Positions 50,092-64,000 of a DNA stretch of 64,000 nt are shown here, one piece after another. The notes beneath the pieces are model-generated. The model did no database searches, was not told where the DNA came from, and saw nothing but the letters and a program-made list of their open reading frames with translations. Every line of letters begins with the position of its first letter. Positions within the stretch are counted from its first letter, which is position 1. Made by a program: the position numbers and the translations under genes. This DNA comes from Hamiltosporidium tvaerminnensis FI-OER-3-3 (lineage: Eukaryota > Fungi > Microsporidia), in assembly GCA_022605425.2 (NCBI GenBank), contig JAKIMF020000013.1:310001-374000 (forward strand), read 5' to 3'.

Positions 50092-50928
50092 AATTACGTA
50101 AAAGCTAGATATATATTATTGGTGGGTAAAAATAGGATGTTTTGACCAATAAAAAATAGCATTTGTAACAAATAATATTTTAATATTTTTACTTTTTTTT
50201 AAATACTCAATCATTCTTTAATATTCAATCATTTTTTAATATTCATGATTTATTTCGACACAATTGTCATTTATATTACAATTTTTGGAACGAATGCAGT
50301 AGATATATTAAAATTATACTTACTCGACTAAAAGTAAAATAATTAACATAATGAATATCATTCTTATATTTTGTAAAAATTTTAGGCAATAAAATTTAAA
50401 TTAATTAAGATCAGAATACGTTTATACTTTAACTCATACTTTTACCTTTACTTCTATAAAAAATCATATTTGAGTGGAAATATTAATTGAATAAAAAAAT
50501 AGAAAGTTCAAATGCTTTCATATAAGATATAAATTTCAATTTTTATAGGATTTCAAGTATAATTGATTCTTGTTCGGTTGGAATAAATAATAATTACAAA
50601 TGAAATTTTATAAAGAATCAAATAGAACAAAATAATTTTACCTGATATCCTACAAAACATCATATATAAATTGAAAATGTAGGCTTAAAAAAGCATTTAA
50701 ACTTTCTATTTTTTTTTAAAAAAATATATTTCTATTTTCATATAAGATATGAATTTCATGTCTACAAACAAATTTCTAAATAAAAAGAGGTATAATATTA
50801 CCCTCTAATCACTTATTTAAAATACTAAAAACAAAATTCCAAAATAACTTTTCTACATAAATTTACATTAAAAATAAAAAAAAAATAAAATACTTTCAGC
50901 ATAAATAAATATTTTAAGTTTCATTAAT

Positions 50929-51662
50929 AGCGGAGAAAGAATGACCACATAAAACCTTTCTGCTTAGTAATGAGTGTGTGAAACTAATGTTCTAAATCAT
51001 TTTTTGGATTTTTGGTGGGAATACAACCAAACTACATCTTCGGTTGTTCTATGTGAGTTGCTATGAGGAGAAGAGGTCTAAGAAATGAAGAAACTTTTTC
51101 TAAAAATTTATTTGTAGTTTTTTATGTAACTAGATTGCAGACCGCAGCTGAACATGTAGGTAATTGCTATGTAAAAACATGGAAACCTAGCCTTGCTCAC
51201 TCGGGTTAGAAGACTTAGCGCCTGGGAGATACAAAACAAAAAACCATTTAAAGCCAGGAAAGCTAAGTAGCAGGTTATACCTGTTGGTATGACATTGCAC
51301 TGTCTAGGTGGACCCCATTTAAATCTCTGAAAAATATCTTAGCTAGAAGTTTATTGGGTTAAGAAAGTGTAGAGTAAGTGGGAATGCTGCAAGTCTTGGG
51401 GGGGAGCACAGGAGGCTTCGGCCTTCGTTCACACTTCATGCAACGAACATTACCGAACTCCGGGCAACTGCCTCGCGAAGTAATTAGGTTCTACACATCT
51501 GATAGATGAAAAGCTTTGGGACGTAGGTATCGCAGGGGTTACTGATGAAATGTTAAAGAATAGTTATTTATGTTAAACCTAGAACTGCGTTAATGTCATG
51601 AAAACAAATATAACACTTGCCACTGTTTCAAAAAGAGATATGAGACTTTTAAATTAAGTTTG
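50929..51662 (+). repeat. Family A ~700-bp element, copy 4
   Basis: Collinear with 7644-8365 over the full length. Confidence 0.9.
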
Positions 51663-52413
51663 ATAATTTTTTTGAAAAAAATATTTACATGAATAAAAAT
51701 AAAAAGAGAATAAAAACAGGAAGAACGGAATAAAAATAGGAAAAGAATAAAAATAAGAAAAGAATAAAAACAAGAAGATAATATAATAGAAGATCTAATA
51801 AATGCAAATCGGTTGTCATAAAATCAACAACAAAGCAATATCTAGAAAAATAAAGAAATATCATTGAACAGATACCTCTTTAAGTGATGTATCCATATAG
51901 CTTTGAATTAAGGAAGTATTTATATTTTCTCATATTTTAAATTAAAAAAAAATCTAAGATTAAAATAAAATAAATTAAAAAACTATCAAGATTAAATTAA
52001 AATGCTAGCTAATTAATAAAATGCACAATAAAAAAAATGTAAAAGTAACAAAATAGAAAACTATATTTCGATAAAAAAAACAATATTTAGAAAAAAAAAC
52101 AATATTTAGAAAAAAAACAAAATCAAAGTAACAAAATAAATATCAAAATAAAAAACAAAATAAATATCAAAATAAAAAACAAAATCAAAAACAATATTTA
52201 AATAAAAAAGAATACAGAGAAAATAATTACCATTAAAATATAAAGGTATAAAACAATATCAAAATATCGAATAAAGAAATAATAAAACTATTACTATTAA
52301 AATATTTTATATGAAAATAATTTTAAAACAAAAAATTAAATTTATTTAAAATATTAAAAAAATTGAAAAATATAAGAAAAAAAGAAAAATAAAAAGCACT
52401 TCTTTTTAATCAC

Positions 52414-53547
52414 CTAAAAGCATTTTCGATGGACAATCGAGGGACCGTCTTCTTCATATTCAGCTTTGGTAATCCACATTTGTTGGAAGGTTGAAAGAGA
52501 GGCAAGAATTGAACCACCGATCCACACTGAATATTTTCTTTCGGGTGGTGAAATTACTTTCACTTTCATACTGGAGGGAGCAAACGAACCCATTTCTTTA
52601 GTAATTCTCTCGCACAAACCTGGATACATGGTTGTACCACCAGATAGAACAATATTACTGTAAAGTTCTCTTCTGATGTCCACATCACATTTCATTATGG
52701 AATTGTAACAAGTCTCATGAATTCCAGAACATTCAATTCCTGTCAAAGATGGTTTGAAAAGTGGTTCTGGTGCTCTAAATCTTTCACTGCCAATAACCAT
52801 GACTTGTCCATCAGGAAGTTCGAAATTCATATCTGCTCCTTTAGAAACAGCATATTCAGACATTTCCTTGTCAAAGTCTTGAGCAACGTAACAAACTTTT
52901 TCTTTTATGTCTCTGACAATTTCTTTTTCAGCTGTCGTAGTAAAGGTATATCCTCTCTCTGTTAAAATTCTTGTCAAATAATCTGTCAAATCTCTTCCAG
53001 CCAAATCAATACGTAGAACAGCATGGGGCATGGAATATCCTTCATAGATTGGAACGGTGTGAGTAACACCATCACCGGAATCAACGACTATTCCAGTTGT
53101 TCTTCCTGATGCGTATAAGGAAAGTACTGCTTGTATAGAAACATAGAAACAGGGACTGTTGAATGTCTCAAACATAATTTGAGTCATTTTTTCTCTGTTT
53201 GCCTTGGGATTAAGTGGTGCTTCAGTCATGAGAACTGGATGTTCTTCTGGTGCAACTCTCAACTCATTATAGAAAGTGTGGTGCCATATTTTTTCCATAT
53301 CATCCCAATTGTCGACTATTCCGTGTTCAATCGGGTATTTCAGTGTCAATACACCTCTTTTTGCCTGAGCTTCGTCGCCAACATACGAATCCTTTTGTCC
53401 CATTCCGACCATGACACCCTGGTGCTTAGGTCTACCAACTATGCTAGGAAAGACTGCTCTTGGTGCATCATCACCAGCAAACCCAGCCTTACACATACCA
53501 GATCCATTATCAACCACTAGTGCTGTTACTTCTTCTGTTGCGGTCAT
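52414..53547 (-). CDS. ACT1: Actin
   Basis: Full actin sequence ([31 protein letters not shown] ... [10 protein letters not shown]). The start is the ATG at 53547, preceded by CCCCTAAA. Confidence 0.99.
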   Translation of the reverse strand: MTATEEVTALVVDNGSGMCKAGFAGDDAPRAVFPSIVGRPKHQGVMVGMGQKDSYVGDEAQAKRGVLTLKYPIEHGIVDNWDDMEKIWHHTFYNELRVAPEEHPVLMTEAPLNPKANREKMTQIMFETFNSPCFYVSIQAVLSLYASGRTTGIVVDSGDGVTHTVPIYEGYSMPHAVLRIDLAGRDLTDYLTRILTERGYTFTTTAEKEIVRDIKEKVCYVAQDFDKEMSEYAVSKGADMNFELPDGQVMVIGSERFRAPEPLFKPSLTGIECSGIHETCYNSIMKCDVDIRRELYSNIVLSGGTTMYPGLCERITKEMGSFAPSSMKVKVISPPERKYSVWIGGSILASLSTFQQMWITKAEYEEDGPSIVHRKCF

Positions 53548-53556
53548 TTTAGGGGC
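53548..53556 (-). promoter_or_regulatory. Microsporidian CCC-like start-proximal motif (also at 8923-8925 +, 27312-27314 -, 34752-34754 +)
   Basis: CCC(C) lies 4-10 nt before the ATG in an otherwise AT-rich context, a known feature of microsporidian genes. Confidence 0.7.
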
Positions 53557-53719
53557 ACAAAACAAAAAAAATTTAAGAAAGAAATTTTTTATAAAAAAAA
53601 GAAAAAAAAAATCAAATTTATTTTAAAAAAGACAAATAGAATATAAAATTTAATTTTTATAAAAAAAATAGAATTTTTAAACAAATAAGCAAATAAATTG
53701 TTTGTTAAATTATAGTTTT

Positions 53720-54700
53720 GTTAGAAAAAAGAATAAATTGTTTTTTAAAATTTGTTTTGAAAAGAAGTAATTTATGTATAAAAATTATATCTTTTTAGAA
53801 AAAAGAATAAATTGTTTTTTAAAATTTGTTTTGAAAAGAAGTAATTTATGTATAAAAATTATAATTTTGAAAGATAAAGTAATTTATTTATTTAAAATTT
53901 TGTATAAAAGTGACGTAATTTATTTATAAAAATTATAATTTAAACAAACGAATTACTTTATTTAAATTTTGTTTTGTTTATTTTATATTTGTCTAAATTT
54001 TTGTTTACTCAAACTATAAGAAAACAAATTATAAATTTATTTTAAAATTTTATTTTAAATAAAGAAGAAGTTGCTAATTTTTGTTTGTAACTCTATAATT
54101 TCAATAAATAAAGAATCAATGTTTTAAAGAAAAGTATTTCATGAATAAAGTAATTTTTTTTTATCAAATAGATCCAAATTCTTAATCAAATATGATGGAT
54201 ATATGTATTTAAAGACAGTAGTTTTTATATTTTTATTTCATGAATAAAGTAATTTTTTTTATCAAATAGATCCAAATTCTTAATCAAATATGATGGATAT
54301 ATGTATTTAAAGACAGTAGTTTTTATATTTTTATTTTTGAAGATAATAAAAGAATTCTTGAAATTATTTTTAGTGCAAATATGTAAAAAAATATATTTTA
54401 ATGTTTTTTTCTGTAAAAATATGCAGAAATCAATGTAAATATTTTTTATGTCAAATGTATCTTTTTTTAGAAAATTGATTTGAAATATTAAGAGTGTTAA
54501 TTTACAAATATTCTATAAATAAATAACTTGTATTTCACTATTAGAGACTTGAATGTATTACGAATCTTAAATCTATTTTATTCTCAATAAATAACTTGCA
54601 TTTGACTATTAGAAACTTGAATGTATTACGAATCTTAAATCTATTTTATTTTTAATAAATAACTTGCATTTGACTATAAGAGAAACTTGAATGTATTTAG
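53720..54700. repeat. Cluster of local tandem duplications upstream of actin (~75 bp x2, ~98 bp x2, ~70 bp x2-3)
   Basis: TAGAAAAAAGAATAAATTG.. (53722/53796); TTTCATGAATAAAG..GACAGTAG (54138/54236); ATAACTTG.ATTT.ACTAT..ACTTGAATGTATT (54523/54591/54659). Confidence 0.85.
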
Positions 54701-55195
54701 AATACCAATTAAAAGAATTTTGTTTAAAAAAAAATTAATTTTTCCAAAAATGTAATATTTTGGATTAAAAAAAAGATTCCAAAGAAATTAAAAAAGCTGA
54801 GAAAATATAATTTATATTTTATACATATTACTTCATTAAATATTATAATTATTTTGAATGGAATAACTAAACATATCTTAAATGATTTACAGTTCTATCG
54901 ATAAATTTGTTTAAAATTTTTTTTTGTAGAAATACTTTCATATTTTTTTAGCAGAAAAAGAAAATTTATATGTGTAAAAATTTAAATAAAGAAAATGACG
55001 TATATATTCTAGATTAATTCTTGTATGAAAAAGGTTAGATTCGACTAGAATATATTCTCAATCTGTAAAACGCAGTCAATAGGAAGTAAATAATTTTTTA
55101 ATGAATTTTTATAAAAGTCAGTAGAAGTTATTTAATATTTTGTAAAGAATATCTCGAAATAATTAAAAAAAGAAATTTATTTTTTAATAAAATTT

Positions 55196-56020
55196 GGTGG
55201 ATGAAGAAAAAATACACTGAAGGTTATCTGGTTGGCAATGAGTATGTGATATTTATATAATTATCATTGTTTAGCATTATATTGAATAAAAATCAGACTA
55301 TATTTTCGGTTGTAACGTGAGAGTTTGCATAAGTGGAGATGGTATATAAAATAGTGAAGCATTTTCTACAAACATACTTTTTTGTTTTTTTTTATATTCT
55401 AATTATAAAAAGAAGATTGAAATTATGAAGAATTGCAGTGTAGAAGCATATAAATCTAGCCTCGTGCATTTGAGTTAGAAATCTTTGCAGCTGAACGATA
55501 CAAAAAAAAGATACCCTTTGAAATTACAGGAAAGCTAATTAGCAGGCTATATCAGTCGCTGTAAATTTCGACGCCTAGGTCGACTACATATAAGCCTCGA
55601 GATATATCTTAACATAAAGTCCACTTACTTCAAAAAATGTAGAATTTGTGGAAGACTTATGGTCTCAAGAGGAGTTCGGAGTAGGTTATGATCTACGATT
55701 ACACACCAAGCAAATAACTAAGGCAACTGGTTTGTCGATTAAACAGGTTCTACATATATTTTGAATGAAAAGGCAGGAATTTAAGTATCCTGGTGGATAC
55801 CTTACGAATGTAAAAGAGAAGTGTTTGATCGTGACAGATGGAAATTTTTAGTAAATGAGGCTAGAGCTCTTAATGAGCCATAATTCCATTGAGTAAGTAA
55901 GTGGACATCTTTGAAGTATCAGGGGTGTGTTGATATATGTTAAACCTAGAACTGCGTTAATGTCATGAAAACAATAAAAACCGTATCACTTTATTAAAAA
56001 GATGTGATATTAGTTTTGAA
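55196..56020 (+). repeat. Family A element, diverged copy 5, interrupted by an RTE 3' fragment
   Basis: Family A blocks (TTGGCAATGAG, TTTCGGTTGT, GGAAAGCTAA, ATGTTAAACCTAGAACTGCGTTAATGTCATGAAAACAA, AAAAAGATGTGATA) occur in order. Confidence 0.85.
55804..55900 (+). mobile_element. 5'-truncated RTE 3' end (~97 bp) inserted in family A copy 5
   Basis: Encodes DRDRWKFLVNEARALNEP* followed by a GTAAGTAA tail. Degenerate TSD: GTGGATACCTT versus GTGGACATCTT. Confidence 0.7.
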
Positions 56021-57805
56021 ATTATATTTCTAGTAGTAAATAATTGCAATAGAAAGGTATATACTACCTCGGTAACGAATTCAATATAAAATGAAATATG
56101 TATTCAAATATATACTGATGCCTGGTGATAATTTTAAACTATATTATGTATTCCATAGTTTAAATTCGTATCAAATTTTAATTGCTAATGAAAAATATTT
56201 TACCTATGATGAATTAAAATCGACTTGGAATTTTAAATTTTCTGTTCGTTGGTATTTTTCAGGTTTGAATTAAGATACACCCGAAGAACAAAAACAATTC
56301 CTTTTCATTGAATAATAAAAAAACCAAGACACTGGCGAAGTTATGGAGCATATATGATCCGTGTTTCAGCCTTGAAAAAACGAGCTAAGAAAAGAAAAAT
56401 CATTTTGTTTTGTGTTTATTTTTCTTTTAAGACATAACAAATATGGTTTATTTCTTTTTAGTTTTAATTCTTAGCGGTTCTGAAATCGATTATATCATAT
56501 CTGGCTTTGTTCTAAGAATAAATTCAATGCCAATAAACTGAAAAATTTTGAAACAAAATATATTTTTACTTAAAATTTTTTCCTGTTTGATATAAGATAA
56601 GATAGAGAAATATATCTTAATTTCAAAAGACCATATTGTTTGTGAATTATTTACCAAATACAGAGTTTTTACCCTGTATTCGTTTAATATATCATACTTG
56701 AAATTTCTTAACCACTTAGTCTTTTGTTTTGTACAAGGGTTTATAATTTTATTTACAGAGTATTTTGGTTTTCGGAAGAAATATGTTTTTGTGTTTTTTT
56801 AATTGCAAATTTGTTCATTTTGAAACCTATATACATTTTGTATATTTTCTAAAAACTGAATTTGATGATATCGATTAAAATTTTATGTTTAAATATTTAT
56901 ATTTAATTTCTGATATTTGCTTTAATATATCAGTTTAATGACTATATGATTTTTTTTAGTGTTTAAATTTGCATTGGGCTCAGTGAATGTTATTCTATTA
57001 TGAATGAATGATCAAGCTGAAAGAGAAATAAATTTTCAAATTAATTTAATGAAATTATTTGTTATTAAATCTTTTCAATTTATTTTAGAAATCGTTTAAT
57101 CATTTTTTTTTAAAAGATTAAAAACATTAATTGATATACGAAATAATAAGTAATCTAAATTTGATTTTTATTTGTTAATATTGTATTTTTGGAAATTAAA
57201 TAATTTCAATTTTATTTAAAAAAAGATCAGTGATATACATTTCATAATATTTTATTTCTATATTTGGATTCTCATTCAATTCAAGATTCTTATAAAATGT
57301 GTAAAAAATATTAAGATTTTGAAGACAAATGGTTTTACGTTTTTAAAAAAAATACGACTCAATCCTTTTCTATACCAAATTTTATTCCAAAGTAATTATA
57401 TTTATTGTAAATCGAATAATATTTTACATTAATATTACGATATTATGATTTTATGATTTTATTATTTTTTAGTTTGTGAAAACCTGTGATTTCTTTTTCG
57501 AAGTCACTTCAAGAAAGTTATAAAGAAATAATTCGAATCAAACCGATCATTACTTTTTATAGATATAATCTAAATAATAAGAAACGTTTTTTTTACTTCA
57601 AATTCATGTTTTGTTAACTGTCAAATCAGTTTCAAACGAAATTGACTGGTCTCAAAATTTTAAGAAAAAAATTTTTTATGTTAATTTACAATAAAAAAAT
57701 GTTATATCAATTTACTATATTAGTAAAAGTTAAAAAATTGAAAAAAAAAATTGATTTGTTCTATATAAATCCAATTAAATGATATATAATAAAACGATTC
57801 TGACC

Positions 57806-58647
57806 ATGCAAATGCTAAAGTATTTCGAGATTTTATTGTTTTGTAGTTCTTTTTTTGTTCGACTTCAAATGATACGTCTACTGATAATAAAGAATATAAA
57901 CAAATAAAACACATTATGTTGCAGTTTAACAATTTGAAACATTTTGATAACATAGATGTCTTTTGTAGAGATAATCTTAGTTTTTTTTCAGATTTGATTC
58001 CAATTTCACCATTACACGTTTATATATGTTGCATAGAATCTTTAAATGTTGTTGCGTGGAAAGAATTAGTTAATATGAAAGAAGTTTTTAATTACACTTC
58101 AACAGATGAAGATGTATCTATAGAAGGAAACTATACCAAAATAATCAAATTAAATGATGATGGAATCCCATTCGTAAAAAATAGAGATGAAGAATATTAT
58201 TATACATTTGATAGTGAAAGAACGGATAAACAAGAAAGAATTACGGAGATAGCTAAGTATATTCATAATATGTTTAAAAATTTAAGAAACTTTGATAATA
58301 TGAACCAAAATCTTGCTTCTTCCGCTAATGATTATCAAAAAAACGACGATTCTTAGGAAAAAAATTTACTGAACAAAAAAATTATTATTCTGCTATCTGA
58401 TTCGGAATCAGAAATTAAAGATACTGGGAAAATTCAAAGATTTCTACAAGATTACAATGAAGAAGAGAATAATACTTTAATAATTTACATATTTGAAAAT
58501 ACTTTTACTGAAATATGTGAAAATACTTTTACTGAAATATCTGAAAAAAATTGTGCTGAAATGTCTGAAAACTATGTGAATCTTTATCAAGATCGGTATC
58601 CTACTTCAAGGTTATACAGTAACAGACAAATTATGGGAAATCAGTAA
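57806..58647 (+). pseudogene. Secreted hypothetical protein broken by one frameshift and one in-frame TAG
   Basis: MQMLKYFEILLFCSSFF joins CSTSNDTS... via a shift in the T7 run at 57850-57856. After the TAG at 58354 the frame stays open for ~96 codons, with ENTFTEI repeats, to the TAA at 58647. Confidence 0.65.
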
Positions 58648-61214
58648 AAATAAAGTTTTTTTTGAGAATACTTTAATCGATTATTTATATTTTTTTCAGA
58701 AATTTAATCCTTTTACTCGAATTTGATTTAATATTTACTTAAAAGGTGTATTGTTTGATTAATTACAAATTTAAAGGGCTTGTAATATCATCGAGCATAT
58801 TCTCAATATTAAAAGTATAGCTGCCAAGCTTTATCAATTATGATCAATTTTTTTATAATTTTACGCGTAAATTATCTCCATTCTTCTTTTAGAGCTTTTT
58901 TTAAATTTATTGGCGTATATTTTTTTCTTATTCTATAGAATACGAATGAGTAGGAAAATATTGAAATCATAATTGGGCTCTATAAATACGGAAATATGTG
59001 CAAGGTTTATCTACAAATAAAACCGTGTAAGTTTAAAAGTGCGGCTTTACATATTCGCATCGCTCTGAGAAAAGGCAATTTAATACATTGATATAGACAA
59101 ATATAGTTTTAAAGACATTTTTTTGCTTTAAAAATAATAAAAATATTTTACTTTCACTTTGTAGAAGATTTCCATAAATTTTTCTTACAAAAGCCAACAA
59201 TCTTATTAATTTTAGAAAATCGATCGGTAATAAAATAGTCGTTTAGAACTCGATTAAAAAATTCGGTTTATCTGAAACTCATTCAAGCACCATCATTTTT
59301 CACATAGATCTAACGTTTTTTTTAAATAAACACTAAAGTCATAAGACTTTCTTTTTTAACTTTTTTACTGAATGCGTTTTTATTATTTTAATGTCACTTC
59401 TACATTCTCATATCTTAAATATTAGAGAATCTTCTTGATACGTAGTAGGTTCTTGTAATTCAATGTTTTTTAGAGACAACATCTAAATGCTTTCTGAAAG
59501 GCTTTGTATCATCTCGCTTTAAGTCTGATTATAACAAGCCTAATCTAGTTGAATAATTTGGGTTTTTTTGGCTTGATATTCTTTACCCGTTGCTAATTTG
59601 CAATCATGCTTCGATAATATCACAGAAATTGTTATTAATTTTGAAAAATGTTTTCTTCTTTTATATAGAAAGAAATATTCTGGTCGACAATATTCGTTTA
59701 TCCTGTTAGTTGCAGACACATTTCGGTTGTTTTAAGCTAAACACATTGCGCCTGTTTAAGAAAATAAGCTATTAATGTGCGTTCTTGCTGATTTTGTTCC
59801 TTTTACTTGCATCTATAGTAAATAAAAACTTGGTATGGATTTATAAATTTGCTTTATCCGTTTTATCAATGAAGTCTTTCGAAAATCAACGAAATCCACA
59901 AAATTTTTTCCTGACTAATTTAGATTTATTAGCAGAATAATGACATTACACTTCAGGGACAAATAACCTTGCAAGTCATTTCTTTTTTGTAACTTCCATC
60001 TTATGCTCGCCTAACCCGTCTATATCAATGATGATTTCCAAGTGCTTCAGATTTTGTTTATATAATCAGAAATATATATACAGCCAATATATTTTAGGCA
60101 AATTTATAGCACCTTCATTTTATTTTCCGATTGTCAACATCTGTGATTTATAATATACCGCTTTCGGCGTAGATATTCGCGAACGGTTATGAAAAAAAAT
60201 TTCTGATTTCACGATTCCTTGAAATAAATTCTCGGTCTTTAGTGCCCAAACGCTTTACGATTCATGTTTTCCTTGATCAGTTTCATTTTGATTAAAAATT
60301 TTATGGTGACAAAACAAAATTGTTCTTCTTTTCTTAAATATGAAATGAATAATACCCGATAAATTATGAAAATTAAGTAAAAAATATCATTAATTATGAA
60401 ATTTTTTTACTCGGTATTTAACTTGGTTTAAAAATGGCCCGAGATACGTTGGAAAAGTATTATTAAAAAAATATTTAAGCTTTACTTAATTTTATTAATT
60501 ATAAGATTTTATACAAAATTCCTTAAAAATATGTCAACAAAGGCTTCTTTTGAATTTAGTCGTTTTTTGATAGATTTCTATATTGTACATAAAAATAGTA
60601 TAATGTATTTCAAATTATACATTCTATTTAAATAGATTTTTTAAAGAATTTGAAAAATACTGTCTAATATCTTAACAGGTCGATGAAAAATTTCTTATTA
60701 AATAGCTGACCAATAAAAATATTGTGAAAAATTAAAATAATCACAAAATAATTGCTTATTTCGCTATATAAGACTCGAAGTATATTTTTTTTTGTAAAAT
60801 ACCTTTTGCAAATCTCCTTTGAACTTTAAATATATTTAACACATAAATGTATTAGACATGAATAAAAAATTAAAGATTTATGACTTACTTGAATCTTAGA
60901 ACAGTTTACCCACATTTAAAATTCTAATTATATTCTATTGATCCTAAATAGTATTTTTAGCATTAAAAATAACCCGTGTTTTAAATGGTTGAATCTACGT
61001 AAATTTTAAATAAACTCTGAAAATATTACGTAATTTAGATTTCAACAATATTTTACATTGAATCATCACATATTTTTTATTTTCAGTTATTTTTAGTTGA
61101 TGAAAGTAATGATTTTATTTAATTCTTAAGTAAATATATGGAGAAGCACAAATTTCGATTCCAACTTATTAGAATATCAAGTCATAAAAATCTCAAGAGT
61201 ATATCTGATTTATG

Positions 61215-61436
61215 GTGGGGAGAGGATAATCACTTTAAAAACTATCTGGTGCGAAATTAGCAGTAGAATTGGTATGAAATTCATTGTTGCCATTTTTGTA
61301 GAATATAAACCATACTGAAGCCATAGTAAAATCCTATATAATCCCGAGTTAAAACCGATTAAAAAAAACAAATGATAAACTTTCATTTGTTCATTATCGA
61401 TACCGAAAGGTAAAAGAGAAATAGAATAAGTAAGTA
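61215..61436 (+). repeat. Short family B element, copy 3
   Basis: GTGGGGAGAGGATAATCACTTTAAAACTATCTGG head and GAAATAGAATAAGTAAGTA tail. Collinear with 21139-21360. Confidence 0.7.
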
Positions 61437-61589
61437 CGTATATCAGATATTAATAATTGCACATTTAAAAAAATTTCACTTAGAAAATGTATTAAAAAAA
61501 TTCTTGAAATTTCAATTCAATGATACTTTTATAATAATATAAAACTAGGGATTTACAATACACTTTCATATATTAAAAGCATATCTCTT

Positions 61590-63410
61590 TATTGTACCAT
61601 ATTTTAACAACTATTCTATAAGCTACTTCTGCCAATCTTTCGATATCAGAACGCGTAAGTTGAAAAACAGGCCTGGTTAATATGAATAGAATTTATTTTA
61701 GGTGTGGTAAATTTGTAACAAAAAGCCATTAAATACATTTTATAACATTACACCAAATTTATATAAATTCTACGTCGGATTGATTTAATTATAATGAAGT
61801 ATTTTATTACTTCTTCTATTACAGATATGAACACCGAAAGCATCATTATTTATTTTCTTTGATCTTTGATAAAAATGAATTTTAAAAGTACATTCAAAAT
61901 ATACTTTAAAACGTGAGTCTATTGTGACAAATCCGGGCTTTGATAACTATTCATGACATATAAGATCTTAAAAAAGACTTAATTGTAAAAAATTAGATTT
62001 TGCAAGAATTGCAAATTTTAAATACAATAATATATTAGAATGAAACATCCTTATTTAAAGATATATGCAATGATTTTGATTTTAAGAAGTCTAGGAATAT
62101 GTATAGTCTCTGATGAAACTAATATTTCTAGATATGATTTAGTGCTTACAAATACCTTGGAATAATACAAGAAAACAGAGCGAAAGCAATACAAAAATAA
62201 TATGAACAAGCAAATATAAACTAATATAAAGGGTTAAAAATCATTGGCTTATAAGATTAAATCAAAATTTTTTTTTGATTAATCAACATGTTATTTCGTT
62301 AGCTAAATACCATATAAAAGCGTTTTAACTTGGAACGTCTGGCTTTTCAAAGTTAGATGATGAATTATACTAGTGAAAAACAAGATATATCTTCAGCTCA
62401 GGGTGTGGAATAAGTTTTTATCATGCTAGAACAGAACCTGGAATAGGCCTAAAATTTTTAAATTATAAAGCGAACATAGGCTTCTAAAACTTTTGAACTG
62501 TCTGTAAAATAACATGGAAATTTCAACAAGAATAGCAGCGATTCTAAAGAATGAGAACCGTAACAAAAATTGACATGTTAAGCAGAGACTTCTCAGAGGC
62601 TAATATAGATGGGATGAAGAAAACAAAAAAATAGAAGAAGTGGGGATAGCATAATTATATAACACAATACAAAATGAAAACAGCATTCTAGCTTGTATAA
62701 TGTTAGAAATGAATGAAGCTGTATGTGTTATTATCATAAAAAAAAGATTGAAGACAAATGTTTAAAGTCGAGCGCTTAAGAAAAATCTTTTGCCATACAT
62801 GATAAATCTGCATTCCGATGAGCAGAAAAATGTGCGAAACTTTCATCAATATCTTGATACGGAAAATATATGGAAAAACAATATGAACTGGATCACAAAA
62901 ACTTTAAAGGGCGGCATAATACGATCTCATAGTAATTACATTGATTTCTACCAAATAAATAGATGTAAGCCCAAAACCACATATTAACAGTCAATCTCAC
63001 AAGAAGGTCTTGAAAAAGAAAACCCAGAGTTGAAATTAGATATGAGACTTCTTGAAAGCATCAATAATAGACCCGATACTTATTTTAGTTTTGAGAAAAA
63101 AAATAGAATCGTGGTCATTAAATGAGATTCACACCTCGATATTTAGTTTAAATAGTTTAATCGGAAACACATGAGAGATAATCTATAAACTAAGTAATTG
63201 AGGTTTTTTCTATGTATATTATTTCAATAATCTCTTTTTGTGATTAATTGGGGAATTCTGCTACAAAATACGACAAATTGTGTGTTAAAAAAGCCTGAAA
63301 AGCTAACATATGTATAATATATAACCAGAAAAACTTTGGTGAACATTTTATATACAAAATAATACTTGGCTAAGATCAACTGCCAAATACCCATTCCTAT
63401 TTTATAAAAT
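61590..63410 (+). mobile_element. Heavily decayed relative of the RLE non-LTR element at 3184-6943
   Basis: Remnants AYKYLGIIQENR, INQHVISLAKYHI, FSKLDDE, LVKNKIYL, ARTEPGIGL, LLNCL*NNMEISTRIAAILKNEN, NEAV and NRPDT align in order to the intact ORF. Boundaries are approximate. Confidence 0.8.
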
Positions 63411-64000
63411 CAACAGACCAGGAATATTATGTTGAGCAAGTAAAAACAAAAAATATATTATACATTATTTAAAACCGGGCAACCAAATTGAGAAGATTGA
63501 CGATCAATATAAATCTAAGATTCAGAAGTACAGGATTAAATATTTCAAAGAGATGGAAATATTATTTTACCCCGAATTTCATCATCCTAAAGACTTAAAT
63601 ATTATATATATAATTCTTAATTCCGTAAAAGGTATTTCATTGCGGAATATAAATTTTATTTATAAAAAGTAAAATATAAAGACAAATTTAGGAATAAAAT
63701 TTCTATTTTATATCAGAAATACATTTATTCTACAAATATATAAGATAAACAAAGGCATTGAATAATTTTAAGATAAATTATTTAATTCTAATCTTTTTTT
63801 TAATATTTTTAATATTTTTAATATCTAATCAGACTCTTGATATCTTAATTTTTTACTAAATATATTTTGGGTGAGCAACCTGAAAACCTTAGTTTTAAAT
63901 ACACAATTTCGATAAATATTTCTAATTATTTAAAACTTTCAGAATATTTTTTCAAGTGAAAAAATAATACTTTATAATCAATATTTTCAGTGTAAAATAA

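Noticed and set aside
58354-58356. In-frame TAG stops (58354, 6472) suggesting stop-codon reassignment or readthrough
   Set aside because: Actin ends at its conserved C-terminus with TAG, so TAG is a normal stop. The lesions co-occur with frameshifts, as expected for decay.
59200-60400. Slightly GC-richer stretch with EPTTYQE on the minus strand (copia-like)
   Set aside because: It is a single short motif with no further ordered RT or RNase H motifs that I could read.
63366-63379. TTGGCTAAGATCAA, a 14-nt match to the U2 snRNA 5' region (possible U2 gene or Utopia-type target site)
   Set aside because: The branch-point recognition sequence GTAGTA does not follow. The segment aligns with the 3' part of the RLE element itself (~6677-6700), so it is a chance match.

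Overview
This is very AT-rich, gene-sparse eukaryotic DNA that reads as a large-genome microsporidian, probably Hamiltosporidium-like. That call is an inference from the actin, MCM6 and SF3B1 sequences, the CCC motifs before start codons and the transposon content. Housekeeping genes are the 3' end of MCM6, SF3B1/Hsh155, actin and an ankyrin-repeat protein. Lineage-specific genes are two paralogous signal-peptide Ser/Thr kinases, two secreted hypotheticals, a fragmented LRR-like gene and a membrane protein. Much of the rest is mobile DNA: a near-intact R4/Dong-like (RLE) non-LTR retrotransposon plus a decayed second copy, a decayed RTE LINE, a DD34E Tc1/IS630 transposon with TIRs and a Helitron helicase relic. 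There are also three non-coding repeat families: a ~240-bp bipartite RTE-derived SINE with TSDs, an unclassified ~700-bp element (5 copies) and a ~200-bp element that shares its head (3 copies). The most unusual signals are a ~30-bp-phased array of an AAAGGGTGTT motif with non-repeating spacers downstream of a gene, the RTE 5'/3' fusion SINE with a conserved RNA fold, the 700/200-bp families, and a gene-conversion tract between the two kinases. No rRNA, tRNA or CRISPR array was found.
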